From assembly GCA_010015585.1 (NCBI GenBank), contig ML975168.1: a stretch of 64,000 nt of DNA; one strand, given 5' to 3'. Both the position numbers and the translations under genes were made by a program. Origin of the DNA: Eremomyces bilateralis CBS 781.70. Lineage: Eukaryota. Positions 13,901 to 27,434 of the stretch are shown one piece after another. The first letter of the stretch is position 1; each line of letters opens with the position of its first letter. The notes under the pieces are model-generated. The model was not told the origin of the DNA. It searched no databases and was given only the letters and a program-made list of their open reading frames with translations.

Positions 13901-15579
13901 ATGTCGTCCCTCCCAGTCCCCGGTACGGTCAAGTTGGTCGATCTTCAAGGCACGTCGAATCTGCACCACGGGAAAAATCAGAAGGACATCATCTTGGTCC
14001 CTCAGCCGACTGAAGACCCGAATGACCCCCTCAGCTGGTCGTCAAGACGCCGATTGATTAGCACCCTTATTCAGATGGCGTGGACCTTGTTAGGCTCAGC
14101 ACACATCAACGGTCTCACTCCAGCGTACTTGCTCATCCACGAAGAGACTGGAATCACAATTTTTCAACTTAACACCGGCAATGGGTTGATGTACCTGCTA
14201 TTCGGCTTCGCTAACTTGATTACTCAACCGTATGCACTCAACTATGGTCGTCGTCCCGCGGCCGTCTTCTCAATGCTTATCACTTCCTTCCTTGTCCTCT
14301 GGAGCTCCTTCATGAACTCTGCGGCCGAATGGTATGCCAACCGCATCTTGATCGGAATCTCTTTCTCCGCTATTGAGTGCCTGATTGAGCTGTGCATTAC
14401 AGACACTAAGTTCATCCACGAACGTGGTCTACATATGGGCTTATATAACTGGGGGCTCTGGGGTGGAGCTTTCATAGCTCCGATTCCTGCCGGGTTTCTT
14501 GCGGAAGCCGCAGGCTGGCGCTGGATCAATAGAATGTATGCCGTGGTGGGATTCCTTCTCACCATTGCATGCTTCTTCCTGTTTGAGGAGACCATGTTCT
14601 ACCGCCCGCATGTCGATGGAATTGTGGACGCGGAGGACGATACCAAAAAAGCAGACGTCCGAGCCTTGGCGGAGAAGAATACAGATGACGAAAAAGCATC
14701 CCAATCATCGGGACTTTCTGTCGAACAAGTCGGCGAGACGTATCAAGTCAAGAGCTCTGTGCAGAAGTTGAAACTATGGGGCCACCGCGACCCCCGGCAG
14801 CCGAACACCTTCATGAAATTTTTCTTTTTGCCTTTCGAACTTCTCCGGTATCCCAGCATTGTCTTCTCGGGTATACTGGTTGGCGGCATTCTCTCCTGGT
14901 TCAATGTACTGCTTGGTACCATTTCTTCGGTCTTCGATGGCGACCCGTACAATTTCAGTGCCAATATGGTCGGTCTTACGTACATCGCCTGTTTGATTGG
15001 GTGCACGATTGGTTGCCTGATCTCAGGGTGGCTCAATGATAGCATTGCGACATTTGTGGCCCGAAAAAACAACGGAATCAAGGAGCCGGAAGCACGGTTA
15101 TGGGTGGCCATCGTTCCATTTATCCTCCATCCCGCAGGATGCGTTTTGTACGGTGTGGGTGCTGCGAAAGGTATCCATTGGGTAGGGGTCTGCTTCGGCC
15201 TTGGGGTATTGACATGCGCAATTGTTATGGGATCTGTCCTCGCTCTGAACTATTGCGTTGATTGTTACAAGGAGATTGCTGGAGAGGCTTTGATTACTGT
15301 TATTATCATCCGGAATTGCATGGGTAAGTTCACAAGCCCCTGGTTCTCTAATATATGGCAGATTTGCTGACTACCTTGAAAGGATTTGCTTTCTCATATG
15401 CAGTGTCGCCGATGATCGACAACTTGGGCCTTCAAGGAGCGTTCCTCCTGATGGCATTTTTGGGCATGGGCATCCATGGTCTTTCTTTCGTCATGATTGC
15501 TTACGGCAAGAAAGGGCGAGAAATTACAGCTCCGCATTACTGGAAACTAGTTGAAGAGCATGGCTTCCGTGCGCATTAG
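13901..15579 (+). CDS. MFS transporter; intron 15324-15382
   Basis: LVPQPTEDPNDPLSWS, YGRRP, FIHERG, GWRW and KEPEARL motifs with multiple hydrophobic segments. Confidence 0.92.
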
Positions 15580-16117
15580 TGCCGACTCTTTGTATAGAGC
15601 AGATGCTATTGTGGGAGAGGGTTCACTTCTCTTCCTACCACTGGGGTGTTCAATCACACTGGCCGTGATTAGAGCAGGCTAGCGCCTTATATATCTTCGG
15701 TGTGGGTCACTGAAGTAGACAAGGGTTGCGATCTGGTATTTTTGCCCTGGTAGAAATTTAAGTCGTTTTCTTCACTTTCAATGAAAATCTCGTAGAATCG
15801 ATGTTAGTAGTGAGAATTTTAGAGTGAATTTATCTAAATTGCTATATTCGTTCGACAGTATTCGTGCGATAGCATCCAATTCAAGTTCAACATTTGTGAA
15901 TTCTGCCATCCACCTCATGCTTAACTTGAACGCAAACCTGGCCTGCTTATTCATGGTGGACGCTTGATTGAGATACCGGTGTCTGGCACGATATATAATA
16001 ATGCCGATACATGGTTTTCAGAAAACGGGGAACGAATATTGATCGATACCTTCTAAGGCATTTTGAAGATTCATCTACAATGGCTGGCTGATATATTTAC
16101 ATCCATGTACAGCAGTA

Positions 16118-17234
16118 CTACACCTCTGAGAGGAGCCTCCCCATCTGCTCATCTAAGAATGCCCAATCCTCCTTACTGTCGCCAGGCCCTCCAGCCCAGT
16201 GACCCCATATACTGGGAATAACGCTCAAGGTCGCTCTCCCCTTCGGCATATTGTCTACCTCAACCTCAGAATCCTCCGGGGGAAAATACAGATCGGTCTT
16301 GCATGGGGCAAGCACAGCTTTCGCCTTGATACTCCCAAGAGCCTTCTTCAGGTCTCCTCCAAATTGTGGCAAGGCTGAAATGTCTCCAAGTTGCCAGGTA
16401 CGGAGCATGACTAAGGCATCTTCGGGATCGTTCGTAAGCGCCCATGTTTCCCAGAATTTGACAATGAAGTCTTCTGCATCCCGAGCACCGAAGTGGGTGT
16501 AGTGATTGTGCCGGTACCAAGGTTGGCTGAAACCCCATCCTGCGTATACTCGTCCCAATGCTTTGAGACCAACTACCCGCTGCTCAGTCGTCCAGGGGCT
16601 ACTCGAAGGGTACTGTTGCCCCTTGCCGATCCCTAGACTGGTACCGCCACGAGCGGCAATCAACGCACTTTTGACCCCCTCCAAGAAGACGTTGTTGTGA
16701 ATTGCAGTTTTTGCTGAGCCACATATAGGCGCAATGCAATCCATGAAGTCAGGATACTGAACAGCCCACTGGTACGACTGGGCGGCACCCATCGACCAGC
16801 CAACCACAGCTTTGGCATGTTTTACACCAAGTTTCTCGGTGAGTAGCCGATACTGTGCATGAACATTGTCGGCAAACGTGACCGTTGGAAAATTCTCACC
16901 GAGGTCAGGCCGGTTTGAAGGAGAGGTGCTTTCACCGTTTCCAAAAAGCGCCGGGACGACGATAAAATATTGTGAAGGATTCAGTGACACGTTGGAGCTC
17001 GAGAAGTTTTTGGCGCAATCGTGAACAGCTAGGACTGAAGTCAGCAGGAACATCCACAGATGTGCGGTTCAAGGGCGCCGAACATCCTGTATACCAGGTT
17101 GGATTGATGATCGCTGCATTTTGAGGATCACCATAGGTCTTGTATGCTAGTAATGCACCTGTGAGGATTTCACCCGACTCAAGCTTAAAGTCCCCCAGGT
17201 TAAATGTTTCAAGTCCATTTCCCGAAGAACTCAT
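16118..17234 (-). CDS. Homoserine O-acetyltransferase-like alpha/beta hydrolase, 1 intron
   Basis: FKLESGE...LAYKTYG, LFGNGESTSPSN, nucleophile elbow GWSMGA, DLYFPPED and SIWGHWAG. Confidence 0.88.
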
Positions 17235-18221
17235 CGTAGGCACTGCACTCCTGAGCTGCGGAGTTCTCTATATATAAGGATGGATGGACTTGATATGAAG
17301 TTCTGCTCAGTGGTTCTGAGTTACACTTGCAAATAATTCCTCGATTAGGATAGCTATCATATCGGAACCATGGTCTTAAGGATACTGTCGTTATGATGAC
17401 GTGTCGTCAAAGCTCGCCATAATTGTAGTGCAAAGTGCGGGGTTCAAGATTAGCAGATGTGCGTATCCACAGTACGCCTTAGGGCAATGGTCCCTATCGA
17501 CTGATCAGCCAGTGATAATCTTTAATCAGTGGGACTGAGGGCATGCTGAGTCCTACGTGCCGTCTACCATTTCGGAGTGGATAACGGCAACAGCTGAGTC
17601 GGCGATCATAGCTATATTAGGATTTAGGTAGTCATTGTCGTATGATGAGAATAGATTAACGCGGTATAGTTCCGTAGGATCCTGATAAGAGTATTCATAA
17701 TATATCTGAGTTGGAGTTGACTACGGTTCAGGATGCCACTATGTACTATGGTGTTGCATGGGGGGGTGTCGAGAGAGCCGACCCGGCTACTTATCCAACC
17801 CCGCAATTTGATTCAGGGGTAGCCAAGTGTAAACTTTTAGTAGTTATGTGGGTAGGTACCCATATTACCTTTTTTATCGGGACTCGGGAACAAGATTCCT
17901 ATCTTATCGATACCTAGTTACTGGGCCTGTGGCTCGTGAGGTACAGACGTGCACTCATTCGTGCAGTGTAGACAATCGTCATTCGGCACGGCTACAGCTC
18001 GCAGAGGCTGGGTCAGCTTTATGAATCACTCATTCACTCGCTCACTGGATGTCAACGCTAGTCTCATAGTGGAAGCGTCACTAGGGGAACACCAACATAC
18101 AGGTATGCCAAGTTTGCTGTTTATATTGAAGGGCGGAAAATTTGATCATGCCTCGTACACTCAGGTCTCTGTTTCTAATATTCATCCAATCGTAATAGAA
18201 GAATTACGGATTGACTGTTCC

Positions 18222-19152
18222 TTACCAACCTTTCTTAATATTGTATTCATCCACTGACTTTCTACACGCCTTAGCATTGTCAAGCGCAGTCGGCATGTCG
18301 GAATGAATGCAGAACAAGAAAGGCTGTTCTTCAAAGCCGAGTCTGATCATGGAGCCCTCCTTTTCCTTCACAGAGTCCTCGAAACAGACGGACCTAGTCC
18401 GCTCGTAAACGTCTTCCACCGTAGCTAAGTTGCTCGCCGCAACTGACTGGAGTACCCCGTCTTTGTTGTACTGTGTGTCTACATACGCCTCTTCCACGAA
18501 GATCAAGTCGTACTTCCTGCACATGGCACCCTGGTGCTTGGTGCCTTTCGCACCGAAAATGGGCACTTTAAATACGGCGCACGCCCTAAGCACGGCATCC
18601 ATGATAGCCAGATCTCGCTGCATGTAGAAGAATAGTTCTCCATGTGGCTTGATGTGGTTTAGCGGAACATCTTCTGCGTCCAGCATGGCCTTGAGCGCGC
18701 CGACTTGATATAGGATCATTGTGTACATATCGTCTGGGTGGATTTCGATTTTTCTGCGACCGAATCCGAGTAGATCTGTTCACAACGGATAAGCGTCTGA
18801 TCAGATGATGCACACCGCCGCTGGCGAAACACGAGGTGCGTGATTTGCACGCGGCGTACCTTGCAGTCCCGGGTGGGCACCAACAGCTACTCCATGCTCT
18901 TTCGCAAGTCGAATGGTTTTCAGCATTGTAGTAGGATCCCCAGCGTGGAAACCGCATGCCACATTGGCGTAGTCGATAACCTTTACTAGCTCGTCGTCCG
19001 GTCCCTGGGGAGCAGAGTTATATTAGTTCGCTGTCACAGCTCGTAAAAGCACGGCAAGATAATCGAGGATTGTTACAACGTACCAGTTTCCACCTCCCGA
19101 ATGCCTCTCCCATGTCGCAATTGATTGCAACTTTCTTAAGATATTGTGCCAT
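18222..19152 (-). CDS. lamB: LamB/YcsF (PxpA-like) lactam utilization protein, 3 exons
   Basis: Spliced reading gives [46 protein letters not shown] and CIHSD. Confidence 0.93.
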
Positions 19153-19534
19153 TTTTGGAATCTGTGGTATGCTCTAATTTGAGATTCAACGAGAGAATGG
19201 ACTATTCCGGTTTGTTTCTATAACAATAGTTCAAGAGTTCGATCTACTGCGCAAGACAATATATACTGTAGCTCTTAAAATAAAATGTTCGGATCACAAT
19301 CACAACAGGCATCTGGAAGGGTTCGGGAAGCTCGTCGCTAAAACCATAATAGCTCTAAATCGTGATCCAGCCAAGAAAGTACTGAGTAGGTTAAGATAGC
19401 AGATTCCGCCGTGCGACTCGGGTTGCCTTTCTAAGGTTGATGGGGTGGGTCCGATCTACCCCTAGTTCCTTGCAAGGGGGCTAGCTTTCCAACGTGCAGT
19501 GTCGATCGTAGTTCACCACAAATGATCGACGAGA

Positions 19535-19609
19535 GACGCCGCAACTCCATTTGGAGGTGTCAAAGAATCGGGCTTTGGAATGGTGGGCTCCAAGTATGGC
19601 ATTGAGGAA
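19535..19609 (+). pseudogene. C-terminal relic of an aldehyde dehydrogenase (succinate-semialdehyde dehydrogenase-like)
   Basis: Translates as [25 protein letters not shown], matching the ALDH C-terminal [21 protein letters not shown] pattern. The rest of the gene is not apparent. Confidence 0.75.
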
Positions 19610-19649
19610 TCGCCATGAATATCATTACCTTAACGCATCATAAATTAAT

Positions 19650-19816
19650 TAGGGCTGGACACGAGTATTCGTAGTCGAATACGAATAAATTTTAGAATTT
19701 CCGCTTACTAATATTCGTACGAATAAAGCGTCTCAAAATCTAGTGGAATACGAATAATCATTCCAAGGGAAAAGTGGAATACGAATAGCCACAATCCTTA
19801 TTCGTGTCCAGCCCTA
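19650..19816. mobile_element. 167-bp MITE with hAT-like TAGGG termini
   Basis: 18-bp TIR TAGGGCTGGACACGAGTA / TATTCGTGTCCAGCCCTA with 1 mismatch and internal GAATACGAATA repeats. The TSD is not clean. Confidence 0.8.
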
Positions 19817-20219
19817 ATAAATTTTGAGCAACAACTATTGACAAAAAGCACTGAATTGAAATCACTCTCTACTATGTAATCAGTGTTCCAGCGCAGCCAT
19901 GCCAGGTCCTTATGAGCCCCACAATTTGTACACACAGGACAAAGGCAAAATGAGTCAATTCACTTAAAATACGAACCAGAATCAAGTCTGAATAGGTGAT
20001 TGTGGCTCAGATTCACTATGTCTACAAGTTCCGCGCTTACTGGCGATGTCTCGTTACATTCGCAGGGGTATGTCATAGCATGGGAGATGAGGCTGGAACC
20101 AAGTTATCGGACCAAGCAATGTATTAAGCATGAATAAGGCTCATCATGTTGTTATCATCTCTGCTTTGAATTTGAAAAGGCGAAGATGGGAATAGGATTG
20201 TACAGAAATCGGTACATGT

Positions 20220-22393
20220 CTATAGTCGGGCCGACCCGCAACAAGCCCCTGGGCCTTCCACGGCGTCGTCTACCACCAATACACTTTTGTTGTCAGCCTG
20301 GTTGGAGATAGGCACATCCAAGGCCGGGTTGCGAGTGAAGAAATTGATCGGCTTCAGCGTCACCAACATTTTCTCCACAGGCATGACGGGCCAGTCCTCG
20401 ACTCTCGGATTGTGGGTTGTGCCGAAAGTGTGCCATATCACAATATCCTCGTTCCGCACACTTTGTGGCGCTTCTCGTGATTTGATCCAGGTTGCAATAC
20501 CCGAGCCAACCTCCGATTGTAGGGTATGTTCTCCAGCTGCAAACCGCTCGACATCTTGGTGTCGGGTCACCCAGATTGGGTGGTCCGTGAACTCCGACCG
20601 AATCGAGTGGAATGAGGATGGATGGGCGAGCAACATCTGCGAATAGTGCGGCACTAATTTGTAACCAACAGGGCCGCCAGAAATTGGATTGGTGACGTTT
20701 TCGTTGACGATCTTGAAGACGCGACCAGTTCGGTTGTCAGTGTCGAGGGATGTCTCCGTCTCAACGAACTCCTTCTTAGTAACATAGCCAACATTGGCCA
20801 TGCTGGAGGCATCCTCAACTGGTGCGGGATGAGATTCCTCCACCATGAGAGAATTATTGTGGCCATCGATGGCTGGGTCAACTCGAAGGGAGAACAAGTG
20901 TTGGTGATAAGGCGCCATGACTCCGGGAGCGACAACTGTTCCGTAGGGAACCTTGGCCCCAATATCGATAAAGGAAGTGCTCAGGATGCCCGTCGCGCGG
21001 ACTTCGTAGGATAACTCCGCTGCTTGATTGAACTGGAAAGCAAAGATGTACTCGTAGTTGCTGACGGTGATAATGGTCTGCAGCACAAGCACGCGAGATC
21101 GAGTGACGACGGCATTGTCCGTTCGATAGTTGGTATGCTTCCACAGAATGCCATCATCAACCTCGTGGCAGCAGATAACGTTCGGCATCTTGACTGGCAA
21201 GCCATCGTTCGTGTGGTGCCACGCATCAAAGTACTTGATGTGTCCCAAGCAGTCACATCCTGGAATGGTATTAACATGATATGCTCAATAATGATACTAT
21301 TCATGTCAGGGTACTTACCAAGGCCGAGATTGTTTGCGTTCACGCCGCCTCCATTGTTGCCAAAATCGAAAGCAGCCTTTCGAGGGTAAGGGGCTCGCGG
21401 GTCTCCGTATGGAACGAACATCTCGGACAATGATAGTCGGTAGAATATTTGTCTCCCATCGTATGTCACGTCGTGGATCACCAGGCCTTCCCGGTAGTTG
21501 AAGCCGACCCGGAACCTCCACTTCTCCCAGTTTATCAGGTTGCCAGAACACTGGAAAGACGGACCGGAGGGCTGGACCACATGCAGCGGCTGCACTGTCG
21601 TTCGGCGCTCGGGTACCAAATCTGGATGATATTCACTAGTGGAATGAAGTTTAGTTCGATCAAAGGGTCTCAAGTTCCCGTTTACGAGAGCCATTTTCTC
21701 GTCTGGGCCCGAAGGAACTTTCAAGACTTCCATTACCTTCATTTCATCTGACAGCTCAGCGATAAACTCCAAGGGATAAGCATAATGATTTGCATCATCA
21801 TGATCCGAGAACTTGGCATAGAAGAAACACTTCAAAGTTAATTAGCATTTGTTCATATTTATGGTATATCCATCCTTACTATGACGACACGCCGGCTCAT
21901 ATCGTTCATACCATCTGGCGAGTATGTCCACGGATCGCAGATCACGGTAGCCACATCTGGAAGTTGGAGGGCATCAATCGCAACCTGAATTTGAGGGTCA
22001 TCAAGGCATGCCTTTTCACATTTCTTCATCTCCCCGGCATCCACGTAGGCATGGTTGCCGTCCAAGCTCTTCACATCGTACAACTTCCTGGCCCCCAGAT
22101 CAACACTAGCCTGCCGGAATTGCGTCGCATTCTCGAGATAGAATTGAATTTGGGCGACACGTGGCGGAGGCGGAGGAAGACGTTTGCTAAGCCTCTCTGC
22201 TTCAAGATAGGGGATCAACTGCTGCTTTGGCGGCTCGGAGAGAGTGATGACTCGGAAAATTAACTGCGCCTCAAGGAAGCTATCCCGGACTACGCTTGCA
22301 GCCTATGTCGAGCGTCAGTAATGCAATACACACCATACAAATGCCACTGACTGAGGAGATTTCCTGAGGGGTAAGTGGATCGAGGGGATGCAT
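20220..22393 (-). CDS. Copper amine oxidase, 4 exons
   Basis: MHPLDPL start, FRVGFNYREG, EMFVPYGDPR, TPQ consensus TVSNYEY, HQH copper ligands and HNPRVEDWPVMP. Confidence 0.96.
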
Positions 22394-22902
22394 ATTTCCT
22401 GTGATTGCTGATAGGATGTTTGACCTAGATTTCCGCACCCTCGACACCCGATCAAGGCGCGGTGGTGTATATACTTGAATGCGATTTTACGAGCATTCCT
22501 GGGCCTAAAGTACGCAATAGGTAATAGTAATCGCAGAATTGCCTAAATAGGCAACTTGGCGGAAGATCCAGAATAACTAAACTAGCTTAGACGGTTGTTT
22601 GGCTAAATCATCGGCTTACCGATCTGTTGAGTCTAGCGCAATCTATCAGAGCTTCGGATCTACCTGTACTGTGTAGGCAGTTCGAGCCCTCTCTCCCCTT
22701 TCGATAGAGGAAAGCAGTTACGGCCTTGAAAGCATATGCTTCGGGATACGCGATGGCAGTTGGCATACCTACCTTATCAGCATGTAGCATAGGCGATCCA
22801 TTGGATTCGCACGAAGGTATCGTACAAAGGCAGAGGATGTACATTTCAAATTGAGCCGTCAGTTTCTTCCTTATCTTCTGAGAGCATGTTAGACGAGTGA
22901 CA

Positions 22903-25900
22903 ATGGAGCACCCACAATTGCAGAGTATCAAACGCGTTCTGATTGCCAATCGAGGTGAAATTGCCGTGCGATGTATTCGAGCGTGTAAAGCAGTGGACGC
23001 GACAAGTGTTGCGATATACACGAAGTCCGACGCAGCGTCTCTGCACGTGACCCAGGCTGACGAGTCTCTTTTGCTTCAGGGCGACGGGACAGCGGGATAT
23101 TTGGACGTGTAAGTAGGCGATATTCATTCGTCCTAGATATTTCTGAATATAATTTGGCTCATCTGTTCTGACCATGTCGTTAGCGATGATATCCTGCAGA
23201 TATGCAAAAAACACGCCATCCATGCCGTTATTCCAGGCTACGGGTTTCTCAGCGAGAATGTGGACTTCGCGAAGAGGGTAATAGATGCCGGGATGGTCTT
23301 CGTTGGCCCATCTTCGGACTCGATTCTAGAGATGGGCTTGAAACATAGAGCAAGAGAGATTGCAATTCAGGCGAAGGTGCCCGTGGTACCTGGCACCGAT
23401 CTGCTCGAATCCGAGGACGAAGTATTGGCTGCCGCGGAGCGCCTTGGATATCCAGTAAGGGCACCCTAGAGCGAGTAACGAGAATTTATATTGATGTGAT
23501 CTCACAGGTGATGCTCAAAGCCACCGGTGGAGGAGGCGGTATGGGTCTTCAAGTCTGCAAATCGACCGAGGACGTTAGCGCTGCTTTCGCCATGGTCCGC
23601 AGTAGAGGAGAGAAGCTGTTCAAGAACTCAGGGTTGTTTCTCGAAAAATACTATCTCAATAGTCGCCATATAGAGGTCCAGGTCTTTGGCAATGGCACCG
23701 AGACCGTTCACTTCGGCGAGAGGGAATGTAGCATTCAACGTCGGCACCAGAAGGTGGGAGCCGATCTTACATGCTTCAACACGAACTGATCTGACAATTC
23801 TTTTAATTAGGTCATCGAAGAGTGTCCAAGTCCGTTTGTTGCAGCTCATCCCGAACTTCGGCAACAGCTGACCGAATGCGCCACGCGGTATGCCATGCGA
23901 CTGAATTACAAATCCGCAGGCACAGTCGAGTTTCTAGTCGACGATGAGAGCGGTGGCTTCTTCTTCTTAGAAATGAACACCAGATTGCAGGTCGAACACG
24001 GAATTACAGAACTGTGTTACGACGTTGATCTAGTCGCTCTCATGTTGCGACAAGCTGATATGGAAAAACTCGGGGCTGGTGGCATCCCATCATCAGAACT
24101 CCGCAGTTTGCAAAAGCCTGGTCCTACCAGCGCGGCGATCGAGGCTCGTATTTATGCGGAAGATCCATACCGAGGGTTTGCCCCCAGCCCCGGTATCTTC
24201 CAAGAAGTTCACTGGCCGGAACAAGAAGGGGTACGAATAGACACGTGGGTTCAATCTGGCCAGGACGTGAGCCTACACTATGGTACGTACAATTTTATGC
24301 TACTCAGGGTATTTCGAGATCTGGCGCTGACAAGAGAATAATAGATCCCCTACTGGCAAAAGTCATGGTGCATGCGCCCACGAGGGAGCAGGCCATAGAG
24401 AAGATGGGCGATATTTGTTCAGAAGGCATCGCTCTGAAAGGCCCTACAACCAATCTGGACTTTTTAAGGAAAGTGATGGCCAGCGATGCCTTCGACAAGG
24501 GGGATACATTGACAAATTTCCTAGACACCCGCTTCGCTTATGAGCCGTGCGGGATCGACATTATTAGTCCTGGCGCCTATTCGACCATCCAAGATTTCCC
24601 GGCACGAGCATCAATTGGCCATGGTGTTCCCAAGAGCGGTCCAATGGACAACATAACTGCTCGTATTGCTAATCTCCTGGTGCACAACGCACCAGGGACA
24701 GAGGTTATTGAGATGACCTTATTTGGGGCGGAGCTCCTATTCACATCCGCAGCAGTGGTATCAGTGTGCGGTGCAAGCGCTCTAGTGACTGTTGACGGAA
24801 GTGAGCGACCTATGTGGTCTACTCTCGTGGTCAAGGCTGGTCAAACTCTGAAAATCGGTACAGTTAGTGGTGTTGGCTGTCGAATGTACCTCGCTGTTCG
24901 AGGAGGTTTCCCTAATATCCCCCTATTTTGTGGATCCAGGTCAACAACTCCAAGCCTGAAATTTGGTGGTACCCAGGGACGAACGATCCGTAAAGGTGAT
25001 TTCCTGCAACTCACGGATTTGACTTCGACGTGGGCGGCCGAGACTCATGAATACACTCTCCCGTCCGCCATGATACCACCGATGGAGGTCAAGGAAGTGT
25101 ATGTTCTACAAGGTCCCCACGATTCCGACGACATAATGACCATGGCGGACAAGGACATGTTGTACAACACAGAATGGAAAGTGGGCCACAATTCGAATAG
25201 AACCGGTGTCCGCATTATTGGCCCAGCACCGGAATGGGCTCGAAAAGACGGAGGCGAGGCTGGTTCCCACCCTTCCAACTATCTCGAGTAAGTTGTCACC
25301 CCGCGATCAGATCCATTGATGTTGGTTTCCCGAACGCTAAAGCTTTAAAGTTATGGCTACCCTTCTCCTGGAGGTGTGAACTGGGGCGGTGACTCCGGCT
25401 GTATATTCTCAGTGGACAGCCCGAATTTCGGAGGACTCATCTGCTCGACCACGGTGATCTCCGCCGAGATGTGGAAGTTGGGCCAATTGAAACCTGATAC
25501 CTCCTTTCGCATGATACCCGTGTCTCTCGAAGATGCCGTCCAGCAAATTCGCCGTGTCGATCTATGCCTTTCGGCTATTGCGGATGAAATCGATGGAAAG
25601 CTTGCGGCTGCAGTACAGCCGGTCTGGAGTCTTGGTCGCAGTGATATCATACCGTACGGTGCTGTTTTGCAGACCGTCCAAGCATCCTCGGAAAATCCAC
25701 TCCGACCTAAAGTGGTGTATCGACAGGTACGTATCAACACATTGGAGACGAAAATGCTTGTTTTGCTGACTCCCCTAGGCTGGGGATAGATTCCTTCTGA
25801 TCGAATTTGGCGAGCAGAGGACGGATATTGCCGTGGTCGCTTTAATTCGGCTGCTAATGGAGAAGTTGGAGTCGCTGGCCGATCTAACGCTGCTCCTCAC

Positions 25901-26984
25901 CCCACATGTGGGATCAGTGACAATCGAATACGATCCATTCCAGATATCCCAGAGCAAGCTCCTGTCGCGCATTCATGAAATCGAATCCAACATCCTGGCG
26001 ACGATCGATATAACCATTCCTTGCCGTGAGATCCGATTGCCACTTGTGATGGACCATCCGGATGTTCAGGAGTGTATCCAGAGATACATGGACACGGTCA
26101 GGAACAAAGCAGCATATCTTCCCGACAACATTGAGTATCTCCGCAAGTGCAATGGCTTGCAGTCACGAAGGGAAGTTTTCGAGAAAATGCTCCATACGGA
26201 ATACGTAGTGGTGGCTGTTGGGTTCCTCTGCGGTGCTCCAATGCTCTTTCCACTGAATCCGACATTCCTACAGTGTCAAAAATACAACCCCACAAGGGTG
26301 TCGACTCCGGGTGGAACCTTAGGGCTTGGTGGCTCCATCGTGGCTGCTTACCCCATTGAGCAGCCAGGAGGGTACATGATTGTCGCAAGGTCCTTAGAGC
26401 TGTGGGACCCATTCGGGACCAAGCCAGGATTTACCTCGGAGAGGCCATGGATGTTTGAACCTTTCGACAAAATCAAATTCTACGAAGTGAGCGTCGAAGA
26501 GTACGATTTGCTAGCACTAGATTTCTCTGCTGGGAGATATCAGTGGCAGGTTTCAGAGTCGTCTTTCAATGTGCGCGAGGCATATGACACGTTCCAAAAG
26601 GCGAAGTCCGATGCTAGTGTTCTCGAGTACAAGAGGCGCCAACAAGAAGGACTGAAGGAGCAAGAGCAAATTGAAAGAGGCCTTTACTCCACGTGGAAGG
26701 CCGAGATAGAATCGGAAGAGAAGGCGGAATTGGGAGGTGAGAGTACGGTGGACCTAAACGACACCAACTCCGTTTCATCACCAATGGCGGCCAATGTGTG
26801 GAAGGTAGAAGTGAAGCCCGGAGACGAACTCAAAGAAGGCCAACTCATCTCGATCCTGGAAGCCATGAAGATGGAGGTCAATATCTATGCTCAAAAGAGT
26901 TTAGCTGGCTTGAAGGTCGATGCGATTCTGAAAAAGCCTGGAAGTATCGTCGGTGCTGGTGATGTGATTCTGAGCGCTAAATAA
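22903..26984 (+). CDS. LamA-like / urea carboxylase-family biotin enzyme (biotin carboxylase + two carboxyltransferase domains + biotin carrier), about 7 exons
   Basis: LIANRGEIAVR, PGYGFLSEN, GGGGMG, RECSIQRRHQK, EMNTRLQVEH, NRTGVR, KYNPTR and the biotinyl motif EAMKME. There is no amidase (allophanate hydrolase) domain. Confidence 0.92.
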
Positions 26985-27434
26985 AGAATACGTATATGAA
27001 AAGAGAGCACGCAGGACTATCTACATAATATATACTGCAACATCGAGATGTATTTGTCTGGCCAGAAAGAACAGGGTGAATTGGATGCCAAAGTCGAGTC
27101 TGGGTTCGTCTCTTATCATTCAGGCAACTTTGGTATTATTTTCTGTCTGACTCAGCCAACTGCTGGAATTTTGAGTGGTAATTATTATTTTTCGAAGTAC
27201 GCATATTCATTCATCAGCTAGCCCTGCATCCTCCAGAAGTATTTCTCACAATACTAATCCCCTCTGTCAATCCCTGAACGCGATAGTGGGAAGCCGCACT
27301 GAATTGCTTAACAGTATTATCATATAAGCATTTAAGGACGGTAAGGGGTGAGGAATAAGGCAATAGTGGTGTAATATTAGTGACAATCGTTATCCACATT
27401 GTGAGCTCTTCCGATTTTATTCAATCGTCAAGGT

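Noticed and set aside
22903..26984. Calling this DUR1,2 urea amidolyase
   Set aside because: No N-terminal amidase domain is present in the gene or nearby.
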